Below, piece by piece: positions 1 through 12,940 of a stretch of 64,000 nucleotides of DNA (positions are counted from its first letter, which is position 1; each line of letters begins with the position of its first letter). The position numbers and the translations under genes were made by a program. The stretch spans positions 60,636,001-60,700,000 of the forward strand of contig NC_043000.1 in the NCBI RefSeq assembly GCF_006345805.1, given 5' to 3'. The stretch is from Octopus sinensis. Taxonomy: Eukaryota. The notes under the pieces are model-generated. The model saw nothing but the letters and a program-made list of their open reading frames with translations, had not been told where the DNA came from and searched no databases.

Positions 1-608
1 CTGCGACGGAAGCAGTGACCCTCCCATTAACTGCAGCATCCAGGATGTTAGAGAGAGCAAAGGAGTCGCAGACTGTGACGTTCCAAATGAGGTACCTGCC
101 TCTAACACAGGGACAGAGAGTAAGACTATCTGGTCTCTTTCCATCACTTTTGGATAACCCCCGACGGCTCCAGAACTGAGGGGGATATCCGAGCCAAAGC
201 CTGTTTAAGATAAAGACGAGCACTTGCGCAGACCTGGACCCCCAAACCGTTTGGGCAAAGCAGCTTGGTCGTGGAAATCTGAGGAGAGTTTGACATTGAC
301 CAAGTATTCGAGTTTCCTGAAGATTAAGGTTCGTCAAATTATTGGAGAGACAACAAGAATCTGTAAGGAATAACTCGCAGAAAATACAATGCTTGAGGAA
401 TTGGCAAATAATTCCTATGTATAAAAAACCTTGGTGGGGCTCAATTACTTCAAGGTTTTTTAAAAGTTGTTCCAGATTAGCCAGTTCAGATCTAAAGACG
501 GACTCGAAAGCTAGGTCAGTAATTGGTGCTCCAAGGGAGCATCACGCTGATGAAGGAAGAATCGCAATTGAGGAGAGGGAGTCAACAAATAGTTTGAAAA
601 GCTATAAT
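1..608 (-). mobile_element. CRE-clade non-LTR retrotransposon fragment (late RT plus REL endonuclease), internally deleted; runs off window start
   Basis: Reverse complement of 1-205 reads LKQALARI..VLEPSG..SDGKRPDSLTLCPCVRGRYLIWNVTVCDSF (REL PD-D motif). 210-600 is the inverted homolog of about 22400-22800. About 370 bp present in the second copy are missing at the junction near 207. Confidence 0.85.
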
Positions 609-613
609 CACGA

Positions 614-1125
614 TACATACATACATACATACATACATAATGTGTGTGCATGTATGTGTCCAAATGTTTGTGTATCTGTCACTATAAACGTTTACAGTGT
701 GAAGCAGAATTTTTCACTGAATGTATGTATGAATATATGTATGCACGCACGCATGCATGCATGCATGTATGTATGTATGTATGTATGTATGTATGTATGT
801 ATGCATGTATGCATGTATGCATGTATGTATGTATGTATGTATGTATGTATGTATGCATGTATGCATGTATGCATGTATGTATGTATGTATGTATGTATGT
901 ATGTATGTATGTATGTATGTACGCATGTTAGCATGTATGGACAGAGACAGACATGCACATGTACACGCACGCATACTTATAAATAGATAGAATAGATAAA
1001 TAGATAGATAGGTGCATAGATAGACAGATAGATAGACAGACATACAGATGGACAGATATACAGACAGGCAGACAGGTAGACAGACAGGCAGACAGACAGA
1101 CAGACAGACAAAAAGACAGACAAAC

Positions 1126-1191
<66 letters not shown>

Positions 1192-1205
1192 GTAAATTGA
1201 TAGAT
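614..1205. repeat. Compound microsatellites (ATAC/ATGT)n and (GATA/GACA)n
   Basis: Direct reading; they explain the MYVC/THTY-type ORFs. Confidence 0.97.
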
Positions 1206-1309
1206 ATGTCTTCGACGTCATATATCGTAAGCTTTTGCAGCGCCTCGATCATGGAACAGGTAGCACTGGTTTATATTGTACCTGTAGCATGTGTATACAC
1301 GTGAGTATA

Positions 1310-1428
1310 AACCACCACCACCACCACAGCCATCCTACCATCAACACTAACACAACACCACCAACACCACCACCGCTGCCGTCACCGTCACCATGACCGC
1401 CGCCAAAAACACCACCACCATCACCACC

Positions 1429-1460
<32 letters not shown>

Positions 1461-1738
1461 CGCCATCGCCACCAGCCCACCAACTCCTTCGCAGTCAGCA
1501 ACTGCATCTATAGTTCGAACAAGATAATCAATTTCATCTAGTATATATAAATTACAGTATATGTGTGTATAATGATTAACGCATACATTTCCACAATTCT
1601 CAACCGATTTTCTCCAAACTTTACACACACATTACTAATATGTCTTAAGGTTGGTCATGCACTATAACATTTTGCCGAGAGCTCTCGCGTAAATGGATAT
1701 AGCTTTTTTGGCTGTAGAGTCTTCCATACTTTTTAAAT

Positions 1739-1801
<63 letters not shown>

Positions 1802-1860
1802 TACATACATACATACATACATACATACATACATACATACATACATACATACATACACAC
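1310..1860. repeat. (CAC/CAA)n, (CT)n and (ACAT)n simple repeats
   Basis: Direct reading at 1310-1470 and 1745-1860. Confidence 0.95.
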
Positions 1861-2319
1861 AAATCCTGTGCATCTCTGTTCCCAATGCATTCTCAAACGG
1901 CTCAAACAAATCAAATCAAATTTTACATGGTAATACTATGAGACCCCGTGAGTGTCAACATGTAACTTTTGTGGATTAAAACAATGCAACATTGGCACTG
2001 GTTCCGTATTACGTCTCAAAACTCGAAGAATAAAAGTGAAACCTTCGACGGAATAACATGTCTTTATGTCTGTGAGCATGCAAAATTTGAGCAAACGCAC
2101 TGAAAACTGATTCATTGATATTAGAGAAACACTTGAGTTTCTAAAAGCTTATTGACAATATCCATTTTCCTTGCTTTCGTTTGTTTATACATATTATTTA
2201 GACTACATGAAACACGGTTTTTTCACACGCCTGCATATGACAACATCACGTGTTTTGCACATGATTGTTAAATAGCTGAATACTCTAGTGAAGCAACCAG
2301 ATCTTAATATTTCAACATA

Positions 2320-3325
2320 CATTGGTACCTTGACCTACAAGTATTCCAACTAATGAGTTTTTCGAGATACGAGCCGTCTCTCGGCCGACTTTTTGCTTTG
2401 AGTTGCGAGCTAAAATTCAGGTTACGAGCCAGCTTCACATTCCCCATTGCTAATTGGCGTAGCGAACGCCGGAACATCCTCCCAGCATTCCTTGTCTCAC
2501 TCGACAGCTAGACAGATATGCACATCAGAAAGTGCGAAGATCATTAGTAGATCGATGATTAGACAGACATGCGCGTTAGCAAGTACGAAGATCGTTAGTG
2601 GATCGTTAGCTAGACGAGTGGTAAAATACTTACTTAGTCGTTTCAGGCTACAGAAGCATCAGTGTTGTGCTCGCAATTGTGCCTGCAGTTGTTTTGCAAA
2701 ACTTCATTTTTCCAACCATGGGTCCTAAGTAAACGAATGCGAAGGACAGTGCTGAGAAGAAGAAGCAGATGATGTGCTCTGAATTAAAGAAAGAAATTAT
2801 CGAATGAAATGATCAAGGTGTGCGTGTAGTCGACATGGCGAAGCAGTACGATTGTAGAACCATACTGAAGCAGAATCAGTCGATAAAGGCTATGACGTCA
2901 GCTAAGGCCGTTAAAATAATTTCTAAACAGCAGACATCTATCCATGAAAATATAGAGAAGTTGCTGATAGTGTGGTTGACGGAGAAGCAGTTCGTAGGAA
3001 ATACTATGACAGAGGCTATAATCTGCGAGAAGGCACCAGCTATTTACGTTGATTTGATGCAGCACACACCAGGCACTTGTACGGACGAGGCATCGGGCGG
3101 GTTGGTTCGAGAATTTTAAAAAGAGGACCGGCATTCACCCCTTTGTCAGGCATGGTGAAACTGCGAGAGCGGACATGAAGGATTACCTCAAAACTTTTGC
3201 CGCAATTATAAGAGCTGAAGGATACATCCGCCACTAAGTCTTCAACTGTGATGAGACACGAGACAGGACTTTTTTGCCCAGGAGGTAATATATAACGACA
3301 GAGGAGAAGAAAATGCCAAGCCACA
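2320..3325 (+). mobile_element. Tigger/pogo-like DNA transposon, decayed 5' part
   Basis: Left end TA|CATTGGTACCTTGACCTACAAG resembles Tigger TIRs. Disrupted transposase: MGPK..KKEIIE..GVRVVD..EKLLIVWLTEKQ..GWFENFKKRTGIH..RHGE..VFNCDET (CENP-B HTH and start of the DDE domain). Confidence 0.85.
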
Positions 3326-3600
3326 AACCTGTAACGGGTGGTAATGCTGATTCAGAAGGCAGCGATTTTTTTCCACGGGGTCATCAGTTGTAACGATAAA
3401 AATTTGTTGTTATAATTGCATACTGTTGGATGTGAAAGATGAACAATACATGAAGTTTTAAGAAAGTATTTATTTACCGTTACGTTACAAATACCTTGCC
3501 TCGCCGGGCAAGCTATGATAAATCCAAAAGCATGCAAAGTAAAGTTTGTGTTTGTGTCTTCTTCATTGTTTAGTAGTAAATACAGAGAGAGATAGAATGA

Positions 3601-4100
3601 TGTTGTCAGAGAACAGAATTAGAGCTAGTGAGAGTAGTAGGGTGTTGTCTCATAGTTGCTGACAGTAAACTTCATTTCTCTCACTGACTATTATCTTTAG
3701 TGGAGGCATTCCTTTTGATCCTGATTCTAGCAGTCCGTTCCCTAACTAATTGAGTCGTCACCATGTGACTGGACTCGAGTCGTCACGACTGTGACTAACT
3801 GATTTTTGCTTGGGGTATTCTTGCTTTTATAACCATCCAGAAGGATAGACATATCATTGAGAACAATAGATTTAGTTGGTGGTCTTGTTATCTCTATTCT
3901 AGTTTTTGGTGAAGTAGAAGAGGTTAGAAAGGGTCAAGTGGTGAAGACATTATTTCGGTCTAGCTAAAGGCATCTGGAAAATGTAAAACTGCTGTCAGAG
4001 AAAAACCATTGTTCCACCGTGGCAAAAGTTCTGTTGCAGTGTTAATTTAAATTTGGCTATGGTGGATCGAATCCACTTCATGCATGCAAGATCCACTACA
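3601..4100 (-). mobile_element. Probable LTR (about 500 bp) of an LTR retrotransposon
   Basis: Minus strand starts TGTAGTGG, ends GACAACA, contains TATAAAAG..CAGTTAGTC and is preceded by purine-rich GGCAAGGGGTGTGA. Its first 60 bp recur at about 26848-26912. Confidence 0.5.
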
Positions 4101-5225
4101 TCACACCCCTTGCCAGTGAGGTTCCGGGAAAGGAAGCGAACGATTGAAGGAGACAAAGAAATGCATGGTAAATGCCTTGCAATGTTTTTCAGCAGTGAAA
4201 TGCGTCTGGTGCCGTTGTCGTGGTTAATTGCTGAGATAGTAAGGGCGACAGTGTAAGCATGCTGGAGGGATGCGCGAGACAGATAATTTTCTCTGTTAAT
4301 TACGTGACCAAACCGGGGTCTAACAGGTGGAAATTATGTCTAAACATGAACGCAGAGCATGTGATCATCCGACGTGCCATGAGTCGGGAGAAGAATTGAG
4401 CTGACGCAGACGTATTGCAAAACAAGGGAATAGATGCATAAAATATAGTGTTCAGTATTGAATATGCCAGTGATTAATGCAGTAAGGCTGAGGCTGCCAG
4501 CCGGTGCATGAGGTATTATATGACACCGCATTCATATTTACACTCTTTCTGTGTCATTGTGCATGTATATTTTGTTCTACTTGATTGAATACCTTTCTTT
4601 GCTGAACGTTTTTCCCTTGTACATACTTGCATTGTATTTTTCAATTGTTTTGTCATAGTTCTGCAAGAACAGACATTTTCCTGCATGTTTCTTCCCAATT
4701 TGTACTCTTGCATTGATCATACAACTGTTTTGCCATGTTACATTCTTATGTGCCCTTCATTTGCACACGTTCTTCGTTTACCTTACTCTTATTCGACCTG
4801 TACCTGTCTAAAGGGAGAAGACCTGTAGGCGCAGTTACCTCCCTTGACAGCGGCTGTTTAAAAAAAAAGCTCGCGACTAGATGGCGCAAGTAGCGTTTAG
4901 GTTCTGACACGAATCTCTGGCTCTTCCTCTTTTCGCATCGAGACGTCGGAGAGCAAAGACATGACCTAGCTATCTCTCGTACACACGCAGACAGTAAGCA
5001 CATGAGGTGGTACACAGAAGATGAACATAGCCCTTCACTTATGATCTCTTTCCATTATTATTCAACTGGTATGTATTTGAGACCGAGAGTAAAGGTATTT
5101 AAAGTTACAGCTTTGTTCTATGAATTCATTGTACCGTGTTCCTTTATCAAATGATATTACAGCCTTCTGAACGGAGTCATTATCAGATGTCTTCACAGCC
5201 TGAGAACATCATCATCTAAAATTAA

Positions 5226-5370
5226 TAATCGTTTCTACTATAGGCACAAGGCCTGAAATTTGTGGAGAGGGGGTAAGCCAATCACATCGACTCTAGTACT
5301 TAACTGGTACTTAATTTATCGACCCCGAAAGGATGAAAGGCAAAGTTGACCTCGCCGGTTTAATAATAAT
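5226..5370 (-). mobile_element. SINE 3' part with the core GCCTTTCATCCTTTCGGGGTCGATAAATTAAGTACCAG (Nin/Meta-like domain)
   Basis: The same core occurs at 25495-25705 (+) and 32790-33010 (-). Confidence 0.8.
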
Positions 5371-5969
5371 AATAATAATAACTAGTTGGACCCGTGAAAA
5401 ATTCACGGAAAATCTAAAAAAATGTAAGCATCTGTAAATTGTGCGCTGGTGCCATGAGAAATGTTTCTATATTGTGACAGTTACAGAATATAGAAAGACG
5501 TGTAAAATCGATAACTATATAATCCAACCAAAATATCTCAGTTATGCAAATGTTAACAGAATTACTATTTAGCCTTAAGGCTAACATATTCAAAGAACCT
5601 TCTTGGTTGAGTGGTACGGAACGTTCTTCTGGTATTCTCTTATTCTTTTACTAGTTTTAGTCAGTTGACGGTGGCCACGCTGGAGTCGAAGAATTCGACC
5701 CTTGGACTTATTTCCTGTAAGCCTGGTGCTTATTCTACCAGTCTCTTCCGCCGAACAACTAAGTTACGGGGATGCAAACACACCAACATCGGTTGTCAAG
5801 CAATGGTGGTGGACGGACACACACATTCACACACATACACGCACGCACGCACACACACACACACATATATATGTACTCATGGTTTTACGATCGCGGGCTG
5901 TATACTCCTAACCACTGCTTTCCTTTTTCTGTCGCTATCGCTTCACTCCATTTCTCTACGGTTAAGAGA

Positions 5970-6288
5970 GTGAAGGTGTGTGGCTCAGTGGTTAGAAGTA
6001 TACAGCCCGCGATCGTAAAATCATGAGTACGATTCCCTGCGGCGCGCTGTGTTCTTGAGCAAGGTACTCTACTTCACCGTGCTGCAGTGCACTCAGCAGG
6101 CAAAAAATTAGTTGTAGCTGTAATTCAAAGGGGCCAGCCTTGTCACATTCTGTGTGAGGCTGAATCTCCTTATAGTTTGCATGCCTGTGGAGTACTCAGC
6201 CACTTGCGAGTTAATTTTACGAGCAGACTGTTCCGTTGATCAGATAAACAGGAACCTCGTCGTCGTAACCGGCGGATGCCACTTTTTA
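5970..6288 (+). mobile_element. tRNA-derived SINE, same family as 13364-13690
   Basis: A-box TGGCTCAGTGG and degenerate B-box; body homologous to the SINE inside the Dong element. Partial second copy at about 6600-6745. Confidence 0.85.
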
Positions 6289-7139
6289 AATAGAGTGAAA
6301 GAAAAGGAAATGTTCCATATTGTAAGGTAAAAATGTCGTGTTTAGTAAGTAGTGAAAGCTAAGACGAAATAATTGCTATTCCGTTGTGTATTCGCCCTCG
6401 ACTCACGCTCAGTTTGATAACAACAGCCTGCGCATCGGTTTTGACTGATGGCTTGGCCTCCAGATCTGTGACACGCACAAATGCCGCTGTAGGACCGGAT
6501 TAACACCCATAGTGACCCTAACTACCAAAACGTTTTTCCTGCTCCTATATAGGATCTTCTTTCGTTTTGCTTCCAACCACTTAAAGGTTTATCTTGCTCC
6601 AGTCAACTCATTTGGTCAAAATGAGTTGTAGCTGTAATTCAAAGGGGCCAGCCTTGTCACATTCTGTGAGAGGCTGAATCTCCCTGAGAACTACGTTAAT
6701 AGTATGCATGTCGGTGAAGTACTCACCCACTTGCGAGTTAATTTTGTCCTCGTGTGGTAATGAAAAGTGAAAGTGACATCCAATATTTGCTGTAGTTGTC
6801 TTTGATTTAACAATATGTTTATGTTTCTCTGTATCAACTTTTTTCGATCTATGTATCTACTGTCTCCCTCACTTTCTCTGTGTCCTTCCTCTCTCCCGCT
6901 TTTAATTTAACAATGCGTGTATGTATCTGTGTATCAACTTTTCTTGCGATGTGATAAACATTTAAAAACACAAAGCGAATGCCACCACTCACTTTCTCTC
7001 TTTCTCTCTCACTTCCTCTCTGTCCTCCTCCCTCCCGCTTTGCAACTCCTTCCTTTGAAGTAAGTGTGACACATACCACAGGTACACGATCTCAGATCAG
7101 ATCACTCGTTATGCAAGTACATCTCTGTAACATTATGTA

Positions 7140-7790
7140 ACTTTTCATCAAGTGGATAAGTGGGAATATTTTTGTTGTTGTCTACTTTCAGCTTTGAAAA
7201 TATCAAATTTGAATTTTTTACGATTTTGTTTTATGATCGGCTTTGGTCTCATTTTCATCTTACTACAAACCATAGCTTGGTCAGACCAGCAATCCGCCTT
7301 ATGAAAAGAACGTGATAATTTAACATCATTTCTGTCTCGGCTTCGGACAACCACCTAGTCAATCAAATGATCATGAACCTGATCTCGGAAGATATCAAGT
7401 TATTTTGTTTTTATTGCATTATTAAAAAAGTGTATAGGAGACAGAAAGTACAAAGATATTAACAGGAGTTCATTTGAGTTCATTTTGCCCAGACCATGCT
7501 TACCAAGTATATTTGGCCAAGAAAAGTAATCTGAACCAACACGGGGATTAAAATCTCCCAAAAGAAAAATCTTATCTTGACTGAGAATTCGGTTCAATGA
7601 TATTCGTAAATCGGAACAGAGCTTTTCTTTAGCTGCATCTGTAAAACCAATTGTTAGTGCGTATGCACTTACTAGCGTAGGCCAATTGGGTTTCCCAATA
7701 ACATAAGACGATCATTCTTCCATTTGGTAAGAATTCTGGTTTATATGCAATACCATTACTAGTAATGAAATTCATACCAAGATTCCTTTT
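7140..7790 (-). mobile_element. RTE/BovB-like LINE APE endonuclease fragment, decayed
   Basis: LVSAYA..DKIFLLGDFNPRVGSD..ILGKHGLGKMNSN..VVRSRDRNDV..ADCWSD motifs with frameshifts. Confidence 0.8.
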
Positions 7791-8758
7791 TTTACTGCCT
7801 ATGATTTACCAATACAGAAAAAAATTTAGTCTCGAACTGCTTCAGAAAACGAGCTATAAGTACTGTTTTACGCCCAGGATGCTTTTTGTGGCCCAGGAGT
7901 ATGCGTACGTTCCAAGCTGCTATACTCATGTCTGCGCATAGCAGTTTGGTTTGCCCACAGATAAATTGTAAAATAGGAATATAGTTTATAATATCAGGTG
8001 TACAAAGGGACGGTACAGAAACAGGACAACAATATAAGTGAACACAGGCAGTAACTCATGGAGGAGGAAAGCTCAATTAGAGCATGCAGTTCGGTTGATA
8101 ACATAGATGTTTAGATATTATCAATACATAGAATAGACACGACTCTTAGGCAGATTACAGAGGCAGCCTCAATAGAAAGCATGAATGGAATAATAATTCC
8201 ATCACACTACGCAACCTGACGACTAAAGACAGAATGAGGAGAGAGAAAAAGGACACAGATACAACCAGTGTAATACACAAATCCATACACACACAAAACA
8301 TACATACACATACTAAAGACAGAATGAGAAAGAAGAAAAATGAATGAAAGACAAGGGTACATACAATATAACAGGCGAACCCATATACACGCACACAAAA
8401 CACATACTAAGCACGCATACACACGCGTGGACACACAGACATGCAAACGCATCCGCAGATAGGGATACATACCACAGAAAGACAGAATGGAATTAGCAGA
8501 ATAAGAGGAAACATACAAAACAGAGAGTCGTTGAAAAGGTCACAAGATGTGTGACGAAAGTACTTTGACAAAGAAAAGAAAATAAGAATAATATAGCGTG
8601 TGTTTAATTGGCAAAATAAGACCATCCCCAAGTATAACACACAAGTACATATGTGTGTGTGTGTGTTGATAACTGATGTTTGTTTGTTTACGTTCCTGTA
8701 AATTAGCAGTCCGACAAAAAAGAGAATACAGTAACTATCGCCAGAACTTCAAACTAAG

Positions 8759-8965
8759 GGTACTATTTAAGAAGCTAGCTAGTCGTGACTAGTCGATCCT
8801 TACTTTGTGTTTTATTTACTTTATTTTAAAAAATTATTTACTTTGTGTAAAAATATTATTTATTTTGTGTTTTATTTACCTTGCTAGGTAGTCGTTGTAG
8901 GATCGACTAGTCACGAATAGCTAGCGTGAATGCGCGCACCGGGACCACTCTTCTTAAATAGTACC
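8759..8965. mobile_element. 207-bp MITE with 16-bp TIRs and 8-bp TSD (Merlin-like), inserted in a SINE tail
   Basis: TIR GGTACTATTTAAGAAG / CTTCTTAAATAGTACC; TSD AAACTAAG at 8751-8758 and 8966-8973; additional subterminal IR GCTAGCTAGTCGTGACTAGTCGATCCT. Confidence 0.85.
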
Positions 8966-9651
8966 AAACTAAGTATTGAGGTCAGTTTAATCGATTATAC
9001 TCTTCAAGGCCTCGGCAGGGTCTCACTCGAATGAATGAAACCAGTAAAAGAATAAAATACACGTGTATGTGTGTGTGTGTTTATTTATTATTATTTTATT
9101 TTTGCCGGATTTTTACAATGCAAATCCAAAATAAGCGATTCAGAGAAAGCTTTTGTGTATTTTTGACCGGCGGCACCATCACCACCACCGCCGCCGCTCT
9201 AGCCGCCTGCTCTTTTGTTGTTTACTCTTGCTATTACACGTGACCGTCATCGCCACTGCCTGTGTTTATTGTTTTTAACTTTCCCTCCATTATTTCTCTT
9301 TCTCTACGTCAGCAATAATTCAGCCAATCATAAATCATTTTCCGCACCTATACAACCAAAAATAGACATTACTTTCCCACACACGGATGAGGGCAGCCCA
9401 TAACGCTTTACTATCTGTCAATCCTTGCTACTAGATAATGGTATTCATGAAAGAAGTGAACATCTTTAGTGTCGAATTTTGTGAGAGGTACTCCGAGTAA
9501 TTTTTCACACTGAATCTGATATTGTTATTCACTAGTTCCAGATTTTTTTTTTTTTTGAAAACTGTGCATTAGAATGCACCTTTTGATCATAGGTCTTCCC
9601 GCTCAACTGCATCATCTTCCATAATGCAGTTCTATATTTAAGAGATGGGGA

Positions 9652-11014
9652 GGATCTTTTCTATTTTGAGGCCAGTTTTTTCAAATTTTTCCTACTGAAC
9701 CAAACAATTTGAAACTTCGTATACTGGTAGAATGTGTCAAAAGTAAACTTAATTGTAAACCAGAATGAAAACGGAATTGTAACTTCTAAGTTTAACGTTG
9801 TTTAATAATTAGAATTTTAACCAATGATATTCCGTCATTCGGCTTTATTTTATTTACTCCGTCTCGACCACCAATTTCGTGACGTATTAACATCTTAAAT
9901 GTAAACAAGTCAGCCACCTTCTAATAACAATATTTAAAACTAGTTAATAAGCCACATGTATTAAATTGAAAATGTTTCCATTCTGTATGTCTGCATGTAT
10001 GTGTGTGTGTATGTATGTGTAAGTATGTGTGTGTGTGTATGTATGTGTGTGTGTGTATGTATGTATAGCCGATTCATCGTAATCGTAATTACGATGAATT
10101 GGCCATACATACATAGATACATACACACACACACATACATGCAGACATACATATACACATACACCGAGTAAAAAATTTCAGTTATCTCTCTCTTTCACAC
10201 ATTACTCTCTCTGTCTCTTCACACACACTAACAGAAGCACTTCACTTACACAACATACTGTCTCCCACACCCCATCAAACACACACACACACACACACAT
10301 GTACATCAATGCTTCCCCTAGACCAGGGGTGGGCAAACTACGGCCCGCGGGCCGCATGCGGCCCGCCATAGGTTTTCATGCGGCCCGCCGAGAGCTTTTA
10401 TGAATCCCAACTTCTATGCAGATACTTCGTAACTGTACGGTAATTCACAATATTTTCACTTGATTTTTATAAATGAGGCCCGCCAAGGTTCAAAAAAGTT
10501 TGCCCACCCCTGCCCTAGACGGTAACTTCAAAGACAAACTTCCCTCGTCATAAAATCGCTTCCTCTTAGTCTCTTTCGCTCTCATTTATGTAAAAAAAAT
10601 AAAAGTTTTTTACGGAAATCGACGGAAAACTTGTGCTACGACAAGCGAAACTTCGCCGAAATTTAATATTAAAAAAGCAAAGAGCTGGCAGAAACGTTAG
10701 CACGCCGGGCGAAATGCGTAGCCGTATTTCGTCTGCCGTGTTTGTTTACAGTTTTCCGAACGTTAGTACGTCACAAAAGCGCTTTCTACGTCACACTAAT
10801 AGAATGCAGTCAAGTTTTACACATGAAAACAAACAATCCGATTGGTTAAAATTCGCAGTTTTAATCTACGATTAAAGTCATAAAATAGATTTTTCTCAAA
10901 TAAACTAGTTCCAACCTGTGTCTTGTTTTGCTAGACTCTATCAGCATACGAAGTTTCAGATTATTTAGTTAAGTAGAAAGATCTGTGGTCCTGGCCTCAA
11001 AATAGAAAAGATCC
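9652..11014. mobile_element. 1.36-kb non-autonomous TIR element with 8-bp TSD (Merlin-like)
   Basis: Perfect TIR GGATCTTTTCTATTTTGAGGCCAG / CTGGCCTCAAAATAGAAAAGATCC; TSD GATGGGGA at 9644-9651 and 11015-11022. Confidence 0.88.
10324..10512. mobile_element. hAT (Charlie-like) MITE, 189 bp, nested in the 9652-11014 element
   Basis: 16-bp TIR CAGGGGTGGGCAAACT; TSD CCCTAGAC at 10316-10323 and 10513-10520; empty-site paralog near 25285-25310. Confidence 0.93.
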
Positions 11015-11058
11015 GATGGGGAATTATGTGCATTATTTACATTATTTGCAATATGTCT

Positions 11059-11173
11059 GTGGGCATATGGCGTAGTGGTTAAGAGCGCGGGTTACTAACC
11101 CCAAGATTCCGAGTTCGATTCCAAGTAGTGACCTGAACAACAACAATAATAATAATAATAATAATAATAATAA
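11059..11173 (+). mobile_element. Short tRNA-derived SINE with (AAC)/(AAT)n tail
   Basis: A-box TGGCGTAGTGG and B-box GAGTTCGATTCC, but no tRNA acceptor stem; followed by a (TAA)n tract. Confidence 0.75.
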
Positions 11174-11206
11174 GCAACGCTACTGAGCAACAAAAAGAGA
11201 ACAAAA

Positions 11207-12913
11207 ATGCTCCGCAAATATAACATCACAGAAAAAGATTTGCCGGAGATAAAAGAAAAGCTGAAGCAAGATATCCTTGCCAAAGCTCAAAGGATCCGCC
11301 GGTACGAGAAACGCCAACGCTTCTTTGAACAGAACAAAAAGTTCAACTCCGACCCCAAAAAGTTCTACCAAGAACTGGGCAAAAATAAAATAGAAGTCAC
11401 TGCAGCACCAACGGCAGAAGAATTGGAAGAATTCTGGAAAGAAATATGGTCGGCGAACGAACAGCCAAAAAAAAGGAGTATGAAAATAACAAACTCGGCA
11501 TCTGAACAACTTTGGACCCCCATAACAACTGAAGAGGTCACCGAGGCACTGCAAAAACTAAGCAACTGGAAGGCACCTGGGCATGACAAGATCCCCAACT
11601 TCTGGTTGAAATATCTAACAGGAATGCACAAAAAGCTGGCTGAAAACTTTAACAGCATACTAGCAGAGCCAGAGACAATGCCTGAATGGCTCACGAAGGG
11701 GAAAACCATCTTAATTCCCAAATCAAATGAAACAACAAAACCAGAAAACTACAGGCCAATAACCTGCCTCCCTACTATGTTCAAGGCATTTACTGCAGTG
11801 ATATCGCGAAGGCTGAACAAGCACCTGGACGAAAACAAACTGTTCCCAGAAGAGCAGAAAGGATGCCGCAAGGGCTCATATGGCTGTGAAGATCAACTAA
11901 TGATTAATAAAGCCGTAACTGAAGACAGCCACAGAAAGAAGAAAGGCCTCAGTATGGCCTGGATTGACTACAAAAAGGCGTTTGATAGCATCCCCCACAC
12001 ATGGATCCTCGAAACACTAGCCATTAACAAAGTAGCACCAACAATCATAAAATTCATAGAGCACTCTATGAATAAATGGCAAACAGTCCTACACCTCCAA
12101 ACAAAAGAGGGACTCATGAAAACCAAAGACATCCCCATTAGAAGAGGAATATTCCAGGGAGACACACTCTCTCCACTCCTTTTCTGCTTGGCACTGTCAC
12201 CTCTATCTGATATGCTAAATAGAACTGGATGCGGATATAAATGCTACGGCAAAACGATCAGCCACCTTTTATATATGGATGACCTAAAACTATACGCTGC
12301 AAATGACAAACAGCTGGAAACACTATTAAAGACAGTTCATGGATTTACCAAAGAAATAGATATGAAATTTGGATTAGAAAAATGCGCCAAAGTAACCATG
12401 AAAAGAGGAAAACTAGTTAAGAGTAACAACATCACACTAGATAAAACCAATGAAATAAAAGAATTAGACCAAAGCCAAACTTACAAATACTTAGGAATCC
12501 ATGAACTAGATAAGACACAACACACACAAATGAAAGAGAAAATAAAAAAAGAATATTATAGACGAGTTAGATCAATACTAAAAACAGAGCTCAATGCTAA
12601 AAACAAGATAATAGGTATCAACACTTTAGCTGTCCCAGTTATAAGTTACAGCTACAATATCCTTAACTGGACACGAAATGAACTGTCCAAAATAGATAGG
12701 AAAACAAGAAAAATACTGACAGGATCTAGGATGCATCACCCAAAATCTGACATAGAAAGACTATATATACAACGTATAGAAGGTGGTAGAGGCCTTATAC
12801 AGCTGGAAAACTACTATAAAATAACCACCATAGGACTGCAAAAATACCTACTTCAGAAGGAAGGAAAACTGATCCAGATAGCAGCAAAACAAAAAACTGT
12901 TCTCAGTATTTAA
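11207..12913 (+). pseudogene. R4/Dong reverse transcriptase ORF (568 aa); frameshifted downstream near 12895 and 13170 and interrupted by a SINE
   Basis: KAPGHDKI, NYRPITCL, WIDYKKAFDS, GIFQGDTLSP, LLYMDDLK, YKYLG, GGRGL. Confidence 0.92.
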
Positions 12914-12940
12914 GGAAGCTGACAAATACAAACAAGAAAT

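Noticed and set aside
342-1252. 214-aa and overlapping ORFs
   Set aside because: They run through the antisense strand of a CRE fragment and (ATGT)n/(GATA)n microsatellites; not genes.
4885-4900. CTCF-like motif ACTAGATGGCGC
   Set aside because: A single short match in 64 kb is not distinguishable from chance.
11059-11136. Possible tRNA gene
   Set aside because: A and B boxes are present but there is no acceptor-stem pairing, and a microsatellite tail follows; treated as a SINE. The same applies to the other tRNA-like heads.
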